A DNA stretch of 64,000 nucleotides from Takakia lepidozioides (taxonomy: Eukaryota > Plantae > Bryophyta), in assembly GCA_030704615.1 (NCBI GenBank), contig CM060731.1, positions 9,548,001 to 9,612,000 of the forward strand, given 5' to 3'. Positions within the stretch are counted from its first letter, which is position 1, and each line of letters begins with the position of its first letter. A program made the translations under genes and the position numbers. Shown here in pieces: positions 37,034-50,419 of the stretch. Under the pieces are notes generated by a model that worked only from the letters and a program-made list of their open reading frames with translations, did not search any database and was not told the DNA's origin.

Positions 37034-38494
37034 CCGAATGGGCCATGGGTACAGTCCACAGGCGGGCAAACGTGGCTGCAGCAAGGACCGCCTACCTGGC
37101 AGCAGCCCATGGCCCCACTACCCACAACCAATTCATGGTCATGGATACCAGGTGGGTCCAATTCCGGAGGTAATGGAGCATGGGTACAAGGTCGTTTGTC
37201 AGTGGGCTTTGGGGAGGGACACCAGTGGAGCCCTGGGGGTTCCACACGGCTGGGGTCTTTGAGGTCGATGAATATGACTTGGGTGCCTGGCGGACCAGGT
37301 AGAGGGTTGCATGCATCGTCAAGAGGGATAAATCTGTTGGAACTTTGAAGGGAGGTTTTAATGGAAAGTATGGTGGGCTGGGGGGTGGTGGGCAAATTTA
37401 GAAGTTTGGAGAGGTGAAAAGGAGGCAGTGGGTAAGTGGATGAGGGCAGTAGTTTCCATTTGTTGCCTCCTGGGATAGAGGGGAGTGCCTCAGGCGAGAG
37501 ACAAAAGATACTGCATACCTTGTCAGAGAAGAACGAAAAGAAAAGCAGGGGAATAGATTGAGTCTGGAGTGGGGAAGGAAGGAGAAAGGAGGGGAGCTGG
37601 TGTCGGGGAAGGCAGCAGAGTTGTGACTGGGTGGAGGGGCCCGGCGTGCTGTTGACAGACTTCTGGCAACTGCTGTGTGAAGAATTACGAGATCTGGAGG
37701 TCGGAGGAGCTCGAGGTCGACCAAGAGCCCATGGGGACGTAGCTGGGGTTGCCGTAGTCTTCAATTATCTTTCGATCGATTTCGTCATTCTGCGCTTCAA
37801 TTTCCATGTCCAGATAGGCCGTAAGAACTGTGAAGGCGTTTTTTAAGGTATCTTTGGATCTGGTTAAGACCTTGCTGGGAGTGTACAGACCTTCAAAGTG
37901 GTCAGCCTCTGCCCATACCCCCGGGAGAGTGGTTCCATTTTGAAGAAGCTGGTTTTCATCTATGAGAGCCAAAATATTGGTATTTGGAGACAGATCTTGA
38001 CAAAGCCCAGGGAAGGCCTCTACGTAGGAGCCCCAAGTGACTAAAGAGTGAGAGAAAAGAGAGTAGAGAGGGAGGTTGGAGTTGAGATAGGTCTGAATCT
38101 TGTTGCAGAGGGTGGGGATAGGGGAGCTGCCCATGGGGCTCTTGGATATGAATGAGTGGATGTCCTGCACCGAGATCCATATTGAGTCAAAGTGCATATT
38201 GTCCCTGGCAATGACTCTGAAAGCGAGATTCGGTGTCCTTCTGAAAATCATCGGGGTAAGACAAATGGCGACACCACAGACTCTGACCTCCAAAACACTT
38301 TCATCCACCCACTCAAGCACACCGTTACACCCAGCGTACGCTTGCGTAAGACCCAAAAGCCACCACCCTCGGCAGTGAGGCTTAAATAGTATTAGGTCAT
38401 AATCTAATCCTAGTGCCGCGTGGCACTTACATATAGGTCCATCAGATGCCCTTCCAGCACAGCCATAGAAAGAAGCCAGATCACCCAGTCCCAT
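37034..38494 (-). pseudogene. Probable L1 ORF1 region
   Basis: 269-aa ORF plus a Pro/Ser-rich continuation, directly upstream of ORF2 once B is removed. No diagnostic motif recognised. Confidence 0.5.
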
Positions 38495-41400
38495 CCTAAT
38501 GTAATCCTAAACTAGCTGTTAGAATAAGACAGCCCCTAATAAAGCCATCAGCTGTTGCCCGCTCATCTTCATGCGCAAGGTGTAAGTTCATCCAGACTTC
38601 ATCCGGAGCGCATCCCTCCTCCATTCATCCATGTCGAAAAGGAAGGTGAGAAGGAATCCCATTTCCACAGCCCTTGAAACTTTATTCGCCTTATTTGAGG
38701 GAAAAAAATTAAAACCTTGGAGCGCTTGAAGGCTGCCATGAGGCTTGTTCTCACGGTGGAAGGTGCTCCATAACTCACGAACAATAAGCTGATATGATGA
38801 TGAGACTATTGACTGGACAATTCACGAACAATAAGATGATATGATGACGTGACTATTGACCAAGAGCCTGCAATGCCCTAAAGATACCAAGGTTACACTA
38901 GACTCTAACGCGATTAGAGCATCCCCACTCTACGCCTCTATGGACCTCTGTGCACCCGTACTTCTCGTATACAAGTTCAAAATCGCCGCCAAACGTACCA
39001 CACCCTTGCCCCACTACCATATACACCGGCAGGCACTAAACCACCTCTCTTTCACTGAATCCGTGCAAGATATTCAGTCCTTGAACCCGTACCTGAACCG
39101 AGCCATGGACATGTCAGAGCGTGCCTCCCAGCCTCTCGCTTCCCCTCCACCCGAAGACAAGAGCTGCGACAGGGGGATGACGAAGGCAAGCAGTAGGTGG
39201 GGAACGTGATAAAGAGCGTTGAGAACGTCACTGGGAACTTTGGGAACATAGGGTTCAGGGACGTACGAGGGGCAAGGGTGTGGCTACGAGCAGCAGACCC
39301 CTTCACACACCTTTCCAGAGCCCTGAACCAACCCCTCCAAAACAGGCATAGAAAGGCCATTTCAGTGAGAACGGTGGGGATGCTCTTACATGAAACAGTC
39401 ACGCTAGAAGGGAAAGAAACTGCCCAACCTAGCAAGAGCACACTAGGCCATATCGAGAATGAGAACATGCCCCTAGAGAAGGCCTCAAGCGAGAAAGGAT
39501 TATCCATGGAAGTGAAATATGGCAGCTGATGATGATCTGATGTGCTTGCAGTTGACCTTTGACCTCTCAAACTCGGGGGCTCAACTCACTGGTGCCTGGT
39601 CAGGGCATTTGGAATACACCAAATTCTAGATCGGCATACCTCCAAGCTAGTCTATGAGCTCCCTTAAGTGCGATCGTTCAGTGAAACACTAAAAGAGCCA
39701 TTGATGGTGACCGGCAATGGTTCCAACTTCTGAAGACAAGGATGGTGCTTTCATGCAGGTTTGATACATTCCCGAAGTGCTTGTTTGCCACCAATGGCAC
39801 TGGGGTGAATTACATGGAGGTAATCTGAGCAGCATTTCTTAAGCTTGTGAGATCATTCAGTGGTTACGGCTAGAGGAAGGGACTTGACTTCATCAATAAA
39901 GAGCTTTCACTGAGCTACTCTTATATAATCAATTCTCATGATAGTAGATGATTTGGATTCTTGTTACATGCGATCCTGTCTCATGATTGCCAAACAATAT
40001 GACTGCCACATTATGCAGCCTCCTCTCTCTCATGCCTGTGACATGATTTGTCCAACTGTTGTCAAAGTTGGTTGTCTTCGAGTTGGAGTGATTGTTTTAG
40101 GAGCAGCTGACATTTGATTTTAGATGTTTCCTCTCCTGAAGGGTTCGCTGCAAAATAGCTGCAGTTTGATTGGTGAGAACCTTGTAACGTGCTGGTTATG
40201 AAGAAATGGGCCTCATCATTGCCAAGATCTTGTATAACATCTTGCATTTTTTGTTTACAGTTAAATCCTGTAATCTCCATGCCAATCACCTTCCCTGCAT
40301 CGAACATAAATGACCTTTATTTGGCAGATATAGATAGATTTAGATGCAGGCTTGCTCACAGCATGTTTACACAACCAATTGATTCACCTGCCAATTGCGG
40401 ATTTGGGTCGCCTATCATAGTTATAGCTGCAGAAAGCACGGAGTTCACCAAACAATTAAAGGTTTTGTCACATTCCTGATGTCAGCTGATCACACACAAT
40501 TAAATCCACAGGATCAGTGGGGCCCTGGCAACCAGCCTGTGAGCATTAGAGGCTAACTGAGTCTGAAGTCTGAACCACTGTTGGGTGGGTGCACCGCTCG
40601 CCAGGCATGGGACATGTGCAAGGGCATGTTCAGTAAGGACCACCAGGCCCGCCACCTGCTTTTTACAACCACATGGCCTACCTAGGCAGGCATGTCTCTC
40701 CGTGGGCCCCCCCCAACAACTGCACCCCGGGTGAGACATGTGTTGAGGGAAAATCACAATCACGCAATGAAGAATTCATTGCGAGTTTCGGGCTCTTCGA
40801 GACAGTCGACGGTAGTAGTTGATTAGCTTTAGTCACATAGATACGCAAATATTGCTTACCTTCGCTTTGAACTAGACACTCAATGCTTGGTCTAATGGCT
40901 TCCTTGTGGGGTTTTATTTTTTCCCCACCCCTATTATCAAGGAAATGAACCATTCACACTTGGGGCCACTCTTCCATGATCAGCCTGGGTACAAGACTGG
41001 TGGACCTTTACAAGGACAAGCCATTTGGATCCAATTGAAAACAAACTATGCATGTCAGCCAGACAACAAAAGCTGGGGCCCCTTTCATGCCTGGGCCCAA
41101 TGGGCTTCTAATTTGTTGCCATGTTGACAAGCTCGAGCCCAGCGTGACATGCCCGCCCAACACTGGTCTGAACTTTCATGGTCACCAGCCAACAGCAGTC
41201 CATACTGGAATGGCGTCAACCACAGGCAGCTGGCAGGTTATCCCTTGTGCAATAGATAACCATCTTTACTTCTAGTGGTAAATACTAAAACTTCTCATTA
41301 AACAGCTATCTGTCAACTCAGTTCAGTGAGGTCACATACCTGTAAGCAAAAGATGCAACCAACTGCTCACATCCTCACCCTTGACGCCAAGGGTGCACAG

Positions 41401-42432
41401 GAAGCTAGTGAGGGTTGCTGCATTCACACTGTTGGGTCTGCTGATGCCAGCAATGTGCAGGTCCTGCCCACCACATGACACCAGTCTATTATTGCTCACA
41501 CCCCATGCATGCATGTCACCTTTAAGAGCCCCAGAGATTGAAACTCACCTCACACCCTGCCTGCTCTGGGAGCCACGTCTACTACTTACACCTCATTGGC
41601 AATATCTAATGCAATATTCTGAGAGGTGAGCACGAACTTGTGAGCACCGACTTCAGAGCCGGGAGTCGTACCTTCCAGACAGCAGCAATTGCAAATGCAT
41701 GGGACAGAGCCGCATCCCTCTCGAGGAACAACACAAAGCACTCCTCCCTTGTGACAACAATCATTTCCTTATCATTTCCTTGTACTTGCCCTCAGGCAAG
41801 CAGTACACCTTGTCACCAAACTCATAATCACTTCTAAGTAGCAAGCATGACGTCGTGTTGAAAGATGATGTCTGCACAATACTATTCATGTCATTCACTA
41901 CATGGATGTTGTCATAAACTAATGACCTGATAGCAAATATGGCTACCATATTTTACCTGAGACTAAATGAGTCTTATTTTGCACTAGCATCTTAGCTGAG
42001 ACTCGTAGCATTCGTACTTCACACTTTCAAGTATCTGTGGTGATAAATAGGAGTGAACGACAGTGAATCAAAAAATCCATGCTGTTTGGATCAGCACACT
42101 TGAGGACTCATGATCCCCTAATTTGATAAACCTGTCACCCAAAGCTCTTTGGACTATCCTCAAAGGACCCAAGGGAGCACACACTCATCTCATCACCACC
42201 CAAAAAGGAACCCCTCCACTTACAAGTGGTGCCCACTAGTAGTCCCTGACAATTGTCTCAACCAATATTATCCCTTCTCACCTATCTCTTGACTCTTCTT
42301 CCTCATAATCTTCCCACAATCTTCCAGAGCAGGTGCAAATACCTATTCATAAGATCATACCTGCACCTGTCTTCGCTTGTCCCTTTGCTTGCACCAAATG
42401 TCTGTAATTTCACAAGAGATCAGAAAGGTCCA

Positions 42433-45400
42433 TCAATAATGAGTGGTATTTATCTTGACATCTCCATTTTTCCGTTCGTAAACATGAGATTTTGCAGAGT
42501 CCTGAAGAGTTAGGCAAACAGGTGGCCTTCTGTTGTCTTAAGGTATTACCACATGAGAGGAAGAAGCAGACAGCTCAATAGTTGCCAGGCCACTGGTTGA
42601 CGTAGAAATGCTCATCACCACATGGTAGGCAAAGATGTAAGTTTGGTCTATTTCACATAGCGTGTCACCTCCAAATCTCAAGATGTACCTAGTTGGTTCT
42701 ATTTGCAACTCATAGAGATCAAAGATCAAAACAGATATTTCAATACCAAAAGTGCTACGCAGGATATCCTAGGTGGAGCCAAGGTGACTGCCACGTTGAG
42801 GAAAACTCAGCTTAAATGCGGAGTGCTGGAACCAGTCTTCAGATCTTCCTGATGTCCACCCCCAAGCGTGTGGTGGGCATCTCGAGTGGTACCCAGCTGT
42901 GGGCTCTGGGTTGCCTATCACCCTAGGCTCTAATCCTAGCATTTCTGTTGACATCTGATGCCAACTCTGCCTCTCATGGACTAAGAGCCTGGAATGTGCA
43001 AACTGGCCTAAGGGCCAGGATGACAGCTGGAACCAAAGTGTGCAATGGCTGTGGGAGCTACAGACCTACAGCAAAGAAAGTGAAGGCAGAGCATACCTCA
43101 GGCAGGAAACCCCAGTGCATGGTGCCTGGGTCAGGGGTGAAATCAAAGATTTCTGTCCACTGGTTGTTCCATTCCGACACCTTCATTGAAGCGACTTGAT
43201 CTTCATCGATCACAGAAACACCAACTATCAGAGGCCAGATAGAATTGCAGCCTAGGAAACCATTTACGTGTCAATATACTAGCCTTCCCTCCACTTTGAG
43301 GTGGTTGTTCCTTCAGTTGAAATCATCAATTACTTAACTGTATGCAAGGAGACATGGTGTTTGAGAAGCCAGCAGTAGAGGGAGAAGGAGCACCTGCAAT
43401 AGTCAGGGAGCTTTCGTCAACACATCCAAATCGCAACTGCTCAGGCCCACAAAACACACCAATCAATCCCATCACTTTTATATACATAAAGCTTATAGTG
43501 GAGACACTTCTTAACTACCACTGACAATACTTTCTGCAGCATTTGAGTCTCCAAACTGAACAAACATCTGAAATGGAAGAGGGAGAAATGGTGCCCCAAA
43601 GTCATGTGGTCTAAGACCATTGACAAATGAGACTGGACATGTTCTGAGGTGGGGCACATCAAAAGTAAGTGCATGACACTGGCTTCAAATTTATTTGAGG
43701 ATGACAGAATTTTAAGGGGTACAAGTACCATTCACTACAGTAAAAAACTGCTTGAGCACTCTAAACATAATTAGGGCCTGAACATACTCTTTGCTTCTAG
43801 TTTACTCAGACCCATGCCTCCCCATTTGAAGAATAAGCTGCTCCATCATAGGAAAAAAGAGATGGGGGGCTGGAACAGGGACAATAACGGACATGATGGC
43901 AGCACTCAATGATGGGGCGCGTGTAGCAACACAGCTTCACATCACAGCTCTCACACTCCCTTGCCCTACTCCAGGGAACCACCTCCCCTTTCCCACATCA
44001 GCTGCAAGAGGGTTGTGGCTGTGGCATTACTTTATCCTTCAGGTGTGTAGAAGGAGATAAGGAGGGAGTTCTATCAAGTCCCAATCACAGTCACACAGTG
44101 TTATCCTATGGTGCAATTTAATATGTCAATTTCAAGATCACCTAGCACGCTTTGCTGACTCCACTCCTTATTAGTATGTTGGCTCAAAACTAGCTAATGA
44201 TGAGAGCTCGCTGTTGACTAGCATGTGAAGCAAATGTCAAGGACTTGCTGAGATTGAGGTGTAGTGTACCGAAATTGGCGGCAGCAAAAGGAGCAGGTGC
44301 ACTTCCGGCAGTTGCGCATCATCACACTGGCCACACAGTCAACCCACAGTTTCTAACTAAGATACCTCTCCTTCACCATATACTTTATGCAAAATCGTTC
44401 CCCATTTTGTCTGTGCATCCACAACATTCTGGATTTGGGAGCTTCTTCCTTCCTTGCTACCTTGTTATGTGCCAAGCAACTTGAGAGCTTGCAGACAGCC
44501 CTCCTCCTCCTCAGCTGCTCTTTGTCAACCTGCCCGTAACCTATGTGCTATTTGAAAAATGCCATTTTCACCCACGTCTAACGGCTTTATACTCCGTACC
44601 AACAATTGAAAGCAGACCAACCTGCCATCAACTGACGCCACATGGATGAAGCAATTGCTGCAGGAGTCAATTGTCAATGAAGCACAATCCCCAAATATGA
44701 AAATATTGCTACCCTGCAAACCAAAGCCATAGATGACAGGTGAACTTGATTATTTCGACCTCTTCAGGTAGCTCTTCATATCTCCAAATTATGCATACAA
44801 ATTAGCATATGGCACTGCAAACTGCAAACCTCCTGAAATGCCAAAAATTTGTGACAGGTTTAGCTAACCAATACATGAAGACATGTCAGACAGAGGCAGG
44901 AGAAAAGGATTTCACCTCATGACAGCAAAGGGAGAGAAATGCACCTGACAGTCTTCTACGATGCCCTGCTGCCCCTCTGCCCCTCTGCATCCGTTCCGAT
45001 GGCAAACTCCCAGTATTAAGAATATGCTGAGCTTCATTCCTAGAACTCTCTCTCTCTCTCTCTAGTGCTGGAATAAACATCATGGTCTCTGGTATGCTTT
45101 CAATGCTACCCCACAATCACAAAATTCTCTGTGGCTAGAGTTTTGGCAGCTGTGGGCTAAATTTAAATGCAGGGACTATTTCAACCCACAACCGCTTGAG
45201 AGAGGTGTACTATACGTGAATGGAGCCATAACTGAAGTGGTAGAGAAGTCTCTCTCTCTCTCTCTCCCTCCCTCTTGAGCCGGCCAAACTGGGAGACGGC
45301 CTATGGTCACAAGGCTACAGCATACAACGTCTCATGAGTTGAGTAAATTTTTTCTCTCCCTCTCTCTAACATTTTTCATAGTCTGGCAGATAGTGCAACC

Positions 45401-46053
45401 ACTGAAAAGTGCGCCCCATCTGTGCAACGTAAAGCTACGCACACCACGGTCTCTTGTATGCTGTCAATGCTAGCCCTCAATCACACAAGTCTCTGTGGCC
45501 AGAATTTTGACAGCCGTGACTGAATTTTAATGCCACCCACGACTGGCTCCGAGAGCTATAGAATATACGTAACAACGGTTGTAGGGAACGGACATCTCTG
45601 TCTCCCCCTCTAAATGTGTATGCGAGTGAGGTGTGTGTCTAATAGTTCTATACATACCCAGCGGTACGAATGAGGGTCTGATGACGGATCTGACAAAAGC
45701 AGAGGGCGCTGGGATTGTTTGGCAGCTTAGCAATCTGGAAGCGCTTAGGCCGCCCCGGCCGTGACAAGACAGGGCGGCCGGCAAGCGTCGGGGGAGGCGC
45801 GTAACAGCAGAGGCGCACCAGTGTGCGATACATGGCTCCTGCCCCTTTCAGTAGCTCTGCACCCACAACCGAAAGCAGCGCTCCCATCAGCAGGAATCCC
45901 TCCACGCTCCCGCCAGCTTCCCTGGGACACGCTGCCGAGGTGCAGGGTGGTTACTGCAGCTCTTGCAGCTGAGCATCCTGTTGAGATTCCGGATGTGATT
46001 CTCTTAACGTCCAGGAACACTTGCTTTCGTTGCGGATCGACATCCTCATCCAT
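42433..46053 (-). CDS. RP2: RP2/XRP2-like protein (TBCC domain); core exons 44984-44945, 44713-44622, 44326-44270, 43965-~43890, 43436-43394, ~43200-43097; both ends uncertain
   Basis: Spliced peptide GQQGIVEDCQ-GSNIFIFGDCASLTIDSCSNCFIHVASVDG-SVMMRNCRKCTCSFCCRQFR-ARECESCDVKLCCYTRPIIEC-LRFGC...NNQWTEIFDFTP follows the RP2/TBCC pattern, including the catalytic R of QFR. Confidence 0.75.
45080..45532. repeat. Two diverged direct copies of ~88 bp (~45082-45170 and ~45446-45532)
   Basis: GGTCTCT(G/T)GTATGCT(T/G)TCAATGCTA...CTCTGTGGC(T/C)AGA...AATTT(A/T)AATGC occurs twice. Confidence 0.75.
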
Positions 46054-46298
46054 GCAGATCACGAATCACGACCAGAGGAGGCTTTTCTGCTCCCTTCGTC
46101 TCTGCGCTTTTCAATGTCCTAATAAGGCGTTGAGGCCGGGTGTTCACCTCAAAACTGCAGATTTGTAAAAGGAGACCACAATAATACCAGGCGGGTTGTG
46201 GGAATCACGCAGGTGGGTTACGAGGGTGCCCATCAATTTGGAGAGACAGGCCAGGAGGGCTTCATTTCTACCCAGGGCGGTGGACTAGTGCTCTGGGG

Positions 46299-49200
46299 AT
46301 GGCAGCTTTGGGAATGGCGGGGGGTGCAGTTTGTGGCGCCGCCCAAGTGGCAGTCAGGCGGTCGCCCCTCCCCGTCGGCTCATCGTCGTCAGCTCCTCCT
46401 TCATGTTTGAGTTGCTCGGTGTCAATGTTGGGACCAACTGCAAATTCATCTCATAGAATGCCTGGCAGATCAAGGGAATTGGTTCTTCGTAGTTCTTTCA
46501 TTTGCCCATCATTGGATTCAAGATTTTTTGATGGAGGAGGTGAGCTTCTGCATGGACTAATCGATGTTTTGTATGTGTGCGGGCACTTTGAAGAATGCAG
46601 TTCTAGAGGTTAATGGTTTCACTGTGCTAGCATGATGTCTCTCTTGTGCTGGTATTGTTTCCCATTGGGAAGAATACCGGTATTCTTCCCTCGAGCCTTA
46701 GCTTCTGGGCTGTCAAGAAACTGAATGATGCGTTTGAAGTGGTGTTGGTGGTTTGTTTGTTGAGGGACTAGTTAAGTTAGCTCACAGATTTCGAGCACTA
46801 TCCATAATGTACTTGCCACAGTATAGCATATTTATTGTGATTCCAGCAGCAGTCCGGAACTGTTTTGTAATTATTTGAATTTCCACTGAGTCCCTCTGTT
46901 TATAACTCTATATGGGACCTTGTGATGGCACCTGGAGAATATTTCTACATACTGGAGTTAGGGTTGCTGTACGTTGCACATGTCATACTGGCTGCAAGTT
47001 AGGCCCTCTAGTTCCAGTCCAGCTTCCACCAGACAAGGTCTTCCCCAAGTTGCAGAAAGAAGGGGTGGGCGCAATAGGTGAAAGAAACCAAGGAAGAGAG
47101 GAAGTGAACTTGCTACACTGGGATTGGGTGTGGCAGTTGGGAGATATGCACTAGCACTTGCTATAATGGGCAGTGATAGAAAGACCAGCGGTGGTGGCGG
47201 TGGCGCTGTGGGAGCTCAGATGAACATTTTTGAGCGAGTTGTTCGAATTGTGCGGGTAGTGCACTCTCCCATGTACATGCATATGCCAACATCAACTGTG
47301 TATACACACATAGTCGTTGCTCAAGTGTTTCTGCTTGTTGACTAGCTAGCAACTATCAGGTGGAAGTAGTGGCTTGGTCTGACAACTCACCGCTGGGACA
47401 GTGTTGCTGGTGAAAATGAAAACGTTTGTGTCCTATATTTTATGTAATGCTTATTGTGCTCACCCCGCCGAGGTCTGGGTGGACTGCTTAATCAGTGTTC
47501 CATTGTGAGGTTAAGCCGAGGGGTTGGACGGATGGGATGGTGGCAATGCAGTCATATGCAAATGCTGTGGTTAGCGCAGCTGAGGATCCAGAGAAGCTGC
47601 TGGACCAGACAGTGCTGGAAATGAATGAGGATTTAACCAAAATGCGCCAGGCCTCTGCCCAGGTCCAGTTCTCAGCTCCCTTTCCCAGGAACTTTGCGCA
47701 TGTGTCACTGTTATGAGCATTGTAGGATAGAAGAGGGTAAGATGGCAGTTGGTGTATTGCATGGTGATGTAATGGTGATTGGTTTGAGTGGTGCAGGTTC
47801 TGGCATCGCAAAAGCAGCTGGAAAACAAGTACAAGGCATCCCAACAAACAGCAGATGACTGGTATAGGAGGGCAAAACTGGCTTTGGAGAAGGGAGATGA
47901 AGTACTGGCCCGGGAGGCCCTCAAGCGTCGGAAGGACTACGAGGTTTGTGTTCCCTGGACCTTGCTATGCACCCGAGCTTGCCTTGCCATTTTTGAAGGA
48001 ATGACTGACAGACAGGATAGAAGGAGTACTATTGGGTTTGCAAAGACATTTTGAATTTGAACTTTCAATTTTGAAAGCTCATGAAAGGTTGTGACATGAG
48101 GAATACGTGCAGGAAAGTGCAAAGGCATTGAAGGCGCAGCTGGACCAGCAAAAGTCAGTAGTGGAGAAGCTCATCTCCAATACCCGGGTAATGCACTGCC
48201 ATACCTCTTGCACTTAGTGGCACAGTTGCCATAGCAAGTAGTGAATCTGATGGGTGTTCTGTTGCAGTTGTTGGAGGGCAAGATGCAAGAAGCCAAGTCC
48301 AAGAAGGACACTCTTAAAGCACGAGCCCAGTCTGCCAAGTAGGTGCCTTTATCTTGAAAATTCTGTCAAGTCCATGGGTATATATAAGAGCAGACAAATG
48401 CTGTGGTCCATTGATGCCCAGAGAGTCTGTGGGATAGTAACTAAAGAACAATGTGACCAGCCTTGTGAGCTTGGTGAAGTTCTTGCTTTCCAGATAAAAA
48501 ATCAATATGGTCATATGCAAAGTTGAAACTGTCAATGTTGCACAGGGAAGGAGTACCTCAAACAGACAAGCTGCAAAGCAGCTCAGGTCTGTATAACTGC
48601 CTCTGCAGAATTTGAGGAATCTCTAGAGACAAGTAGAGAGTCTGTTAAGACTTTGCCCCATAGCCTTGTGGACATAGGCCCCGGGTGCCTAGCCTAGTCA
48701 GAGCAGACAATGGGAGGAGGTGGTCAGGAGTACTGCAGAATGGGACCGTACCACCAGGGAAGGCTTGCTCCAGCAGTGAAATTACCTTGAAAACAAAATT
48801 GATTCTATCCTCCCAGATGTCTTAAAGGACTCTACCATAGCTTCAAGGTGATGTGATAATTCACTGTAGAAAGGTCTCACAGCAATCCGTGTCTACAACT
48901 CATTAGGAATTTGTAGTTACCTCACCATTATGGCCTACAGATTGGACATGTGATTTCCCTTTCTCCCAGCTGGGCAAAGAGTTAGGCAACCCACTCTTAG
49001 TTTGAACTTTGGTTATCGCCCAGCATTCAAAAGCCAGCACGTGTTCGTCAAAGGCTGTGAAGAGCAAAGAGTAGATTTGTGCTGGACTTTATTCGTTCGA
49101 TATTCACCAATGTTCTGTCTGCGGACTTTCTGATCTTGGCATCTACTGGCACTTAGTAGATCACAGAGAGAGGGAAAGAGAGGACAAAGAATGCACTCAT

Positions 49201-50419
49201 AAGACGTTGTTTGAGAGAGGACAAAGAAATATAAGAATTTGGCAAGTGGGGGGTAGGGAGATGGCATTGATGAGTGATGAATGATTCGGGGTTTGAACAG
49301 GACATCACAGAAGGTGAATGAAATGCTGGGTAACCTTAATACCAGCAGTGCCCTTGCTGCATTTGAGAAGATGGAAGAAAAAGGTATCTTGTTTCTGTTG
49401 TCTTCTTGACACCTCATTCTTTCTTCTTCATTGCGATTGTCCTACATACATGTGGAAAAATTACACCTTCAGGCACTCCTCTGTCCAAGCTGTGCTACTC
49501 TTGCATGTGCAATGTCTGGTTGCATCTTTGTCCGCTGTCCTGACTGCAGAGGCACTAGGGCTGTTATTCACCAGTTCACAGCTTGAGGATGTATCTACAA
49601 GCTTGCCAAAAGAGGGGTGGTTGCCTCTAGCTCAGCATTCTCCTTACTTAGTTGGAGCTGACCTCTTCCCCACTTGCTGTTTATTCGTAAAACATGGCCT
49701 AAAGCCTTGACTTCTTCCTTGTGCATATGCAGTGACTGCTCTGGAGGCAGAAGCAGATGCATTGAATCAGCTCAGCACTGATGATCTAGCTGGCAGGGTA
49801 TGTGCAAGAATTGCATAAGATAGTTGGAGGGATCTTATCATCATGTATTAGCTAGTCAATGAGATGAATAATTTGCAGTGCTCGAGTTTTAGCAGTTGCA
49901 TACCACAATTTGCAGGATGGCAAACTCATCAGTATTAGGCTTTTGCTCATTTACAGTGCAGTTGTTTCAGGACTCATGAGTCCATTTCTGTGGGATGACC
50001 GTGAATGCAGTTTGCTCTGCTGGAAAGTGACTCAGTGGATGATGACCTAGCCTCTTTAAAACGAGACGTGCTGGGCACTTCCAAGGTATCTTTTCCCTCT
50101 TTACACACTGCATAATCTTCTGTGTTCAGCTTCAAATCAAGCCCTCCCTACTTATGTCTATCTTCCACTCAAGGGGAACATCTGAGGAGTTCTTTCTTTC
50201 TCGTCTATCCCCCCTTCCTTCTCTCTATGTGCCGGATTATGGTTTTCTGTAGGGGTGCACATACTGAGACTGATGCTGGTATTGCAGAGGACAGGAGAAC
50301 TCCCAGCTGGCCGTTCGCCAGTGAGCAGTAGTAGCAATAACAATACAGGGTATCCATTCAAAGATTTCGAAATTGAGAAGGAACTTAACGAGCTGCGGAG
50401 AAAGAGCAATGATTTCTGA
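46299..50419 (+). CDS. VIPP1: VIPP1/IM30 (PspA family), chloroplast; exons 46299-46539, 47137-47255, 47552-47662, 47797-47943, 48113-48187, 48268-48338, 49301-49383, 49733-49797, 50011-50085, 50288-50419
   Basis: Transit-peptide-like N-terminus, then [93 protein letters not shown]. Confidence 0.95.

Larger units (their letters stand above)
23021..38500 (-). mobile_element. L1/Tx1-clade LINE, split by transposon B
   Basis: A-rich tail at about 23021-23047 on the - strand, ORF2 at 27986-23879, ORF1-like region 38494-37034. The TSD on both sides of B joins the two halves. The 5' end is approximate. Confidence 0.8.
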
